28,196 bases of DNA, taken from positions 1-28,196 of the forward strand of contig NW_021827507.1 of assembly GCF_006345805.1 (NCBI RefSeq), given 5' to 3'. The position numbers and the translations under genes are program-made. A model generated the notes under the pieces. The model was given only the letters and a program-made list of their open reading frames with translations, did not search any database and was not told the origin of the DNA. Origin of the DNA: Octopus sinensis. Lineage: Eukaryota. This document shows positions 24,972 through 28,196 of the stretch, in pieces; position 1 is the first letter of the stretch, and every line of letters begins with the position of its first letter.

Positions 24972-25254
24972 CAGGTTTGATTTCGTTATTACACAAATAT
25001 CACATTAGAATTTTGCAGTTTAACATGGAGCGTCCAAAAAAATATGGCTATTCTTTCTCTTGAACCCGCACTCTTCGTTAATTTCCGTAGCAATTTTTCA
25101 TTTATTTACTTTTTGCGCGTTGTGTTCATCTCTATGTATTTGTACTCAGTCACACATATGCACACATCTTTGTTTGCATGTATGTATGTATGTATGTATG
25201 TATGTATGTATGTATGTATGTATGTATCTATCTATCTATCTATCAATCTATCAA

Positions 25255-25290
<36 letters not shown>

Positions 25291-25376
25291 TGTATGTATG
25301 TATGTATGTATGCGTGTGTGTGAGAGAGGGAGAGAGAGACTCAGTCAGACTGACTGGCAGAGAGACAGAAAGACAA

Positions 25377-25463
<87 letters not shown>

Positions 25464-25464
25464 T
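24866..25464. repeat. (TC)n(CA)n, (TATG)n and (GATA)n microsatellites with short unique spacers
   Basis: Directly visible. Confidence 0.9.
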
Positions 25465-26082
<618 letters not shown>

Positions 26083-26151
26083 GCCATGATAGATCGTTAA
26101 CCACTACACACATTTTTTTCTCTCCTTGTTTCTCTCCTTGTTTTTTTCTGT

Positions 26152-26193
26152 GTCCCTTTCTGTAGAAGAGCGTAGGCTCTAAACGTAAAAGAC
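26152..26193 (+). ncRNA. Minimal hammerhead-like motif with variant core
   Basis: CTTT-CTGTAGA-A-GAGC-GTAG-GCTC-TAA-ACGT-A-AAAG: stem I CTTT/AAAG, stem II GAGC/GCTC, palindromic stem III ACGT, GTA triplet; core has A6>U and G12>U. Confidence 0.45.
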
Positions 26194-26326
26194 TTTTTCT
26201 ATTCCTGAGCGTTATACTAATACATCTGTTTGTTTTGTACACCACCTGTCTTCGTCTAGATAGTAGATAGATAGATATCATATAAATACACACAAACATA
26301 TATACTATATATATATATATATATTA

Positions 26327-26374
<48 letters not shown>

Positions 26375-26859
26375 GTATGTATGTATGATGTATTGTGATA
26401 CTCAGAGATATTCTTTTGCCACGCTTGAGTTTTGTCTATTAGAAATATTAGCTTGCTGTAGGAGTGCATCATTATTGGATATTAATACCTATAGAACAAA
26501 ATATGATTATACATTTACACGCACACATGTATATCAAAGTTGTGAATATGAGAAGGGGATTATTATACATATATGGATCCCTGGATCGTGCGTACCTATT
26601 ACTTAATACACATATACGCACACATATAAACACAAATATATGCTTATGTATGTTTGTCTGTGCGTATGCGTGTGTATATGTGTAGGACGCATACGTACAT
26701 TACTACATAACTATGCAACTATAAATGTATATGCATACATACCTATACACCTGTATATATTATCAGGATATAAAACTGATTTATTGCTATATAAATTCCC
26801 AATACATTTGCGATTTCCCCATTCTCTTACATCTCATACGAAAGGAGATATTTTGGAAA

Positions 26860-27082
<223 letters not shown>

Positions 27083-27484
27083 GTAAATACGATACGGTAT
27101 TTATTCTTGAGTAATTAAAATTATCTCCACCTCTAAAGGATGCATCATAATTACAAAATGGCAGCTCAGCATGATAAGTTAAGAGCTTATGAGCTGCTCG
27201 ACACGATAAGGGGAGATAATCTCAATAATCAAGGATTTTCCAAAAGGGAAAAAGACAGGCTTATTGTCTAGTGATAAGATGTAAGTCGTGGATAAGTGGT
27301 CCTTCCTCAATAGGCGTCAGCAGCACGAAAATTGTGTGACCTTATCTCCAATAGCAAAGAGACTTAGACTTATACAAAATTGGGTAGAATACCGTTATAG
27401 TCAAATTTATATACATAACTGAAACAAAAATCAGCTAAGAAAAATAAATTGGATGGGCCAGTAACACGTATATGAACGATTACA

Positions 27485-27627
27485 GGTAAGTTCACCGTCA
27501 TCTATTCACCGTGAAGAAAGTTCACGTTGAGGAAAGTTTACCGAGAAAATATACCCCGAGTATCTCACCGTTAATAGTTAAAAACTATTTTATTGAAAAA
27601 ATGTGAATTGATGACGGTGTACCTACC
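27485..27627. mobile_element. Small MITE with 25-bp terminal inverted repeats and internal TTCACCG repeats
   Basis: GGTAAGTTCACCGTCATCTATTCAC (27485-27509) vs GTGAATTGATGACGGTGTACCTACC (27603-27627), 22/25 complementary. Confidence 0.7.
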
Positions 27628-27663
27628 GGACATGTACATGAACAACATAGACAAATACAGCTG

Positions 27664-27979
27664 TAGTGGAACCTCGGTTTACAAATTTAATTCGTTCTTG
27701 AAGGCCGTTCGTTACCCATTTTGTTCGTAAATAGAAACTTCGCATAGGAAATTCAAGAGAAAGCAAAGGTGAATTTGAGTTAGGATGTGCACTGAACGAC
27801 AGCTAGACAGCAATTAACGCTCTTCTGCTGATACTCCTAGCCTGTCGCCAACCGTTATTAACAGCTTGCGTGTTCGTTACCCGAGACACCATTCGTCACC
27901 CGAAACATTTTATCTTCGATAAATTGTTCGGAAACGATTTGTTCATGGTGAGAGGCTGTCGTAAACCGAGATTCCTTTG
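27664..27979. mobile_element. Tigger/pogo-like MITE
   Basis: TIR core GGAACCTCGGTTTAC (27668-27682) vs GTAAACCGAGATTCC (27961-27975), 14/15; resembles CAGTGGAACCTCG pogo ends; repeated subterminal GTTCGT motifs. Confidence 0.7.
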
Positions 27980-28196
27980 TGTATCAAATACCATACAAGA
28001 CAAATTCTCAGTTTATAAAAATTATCTTCGCCTCCAGATGACGATAACCGAAATCTTTCGACAAAAGAGACCGATTGAATATGTAAGAGACTTAAAATGA
28101 GCGCAAGCGTCGACACTTTCTACCGAATCCTAGAAAACGGTATTGCAGCATAACCACTGTCCACTCAGTGCCTTTGTTTTCTTGCCACCGATGTTG

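Overview
AT-rich, microsatellite-saturated eukaryotic non-coding DNA. The SINE families and repeat landscape suggest an octopod cephalopod (inference). No intact host gene is evident, and nearly all listed ORFs are translations of (TA)n/(CA)n/(GATA)n/(TATG)n tracts. Between the microsatellites lie three decayed Penelope-like retroelements (PLEs; RT and/or GIY-YIG remnants at 1-1141 +, 6343-8100 -, 17603-20980 +), tRNA-derived SINEs, a Tx1/L1-like LINE 3' end, a non-autonomous Helitron and MITEs. The main finding is RNA-level. A non-coding ~595-bp head-to-tail array (2.8 units plus an inverted partial unit, 22172-24071) carries a type I hammerhead ribozyme on the minus strand of each unit (intact in units 1 and 2, damaged in unit 3), which makes it a candidate large retrozyme / non-autonomous PLE. 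Six further, sequence-unrelated hammerhead or hammerhead-like motifs occur in the window, most with (near-)palindromic stem III. Three lie at the 3' ends of the PLEs, and most of these ends abut (TA)n tracts.
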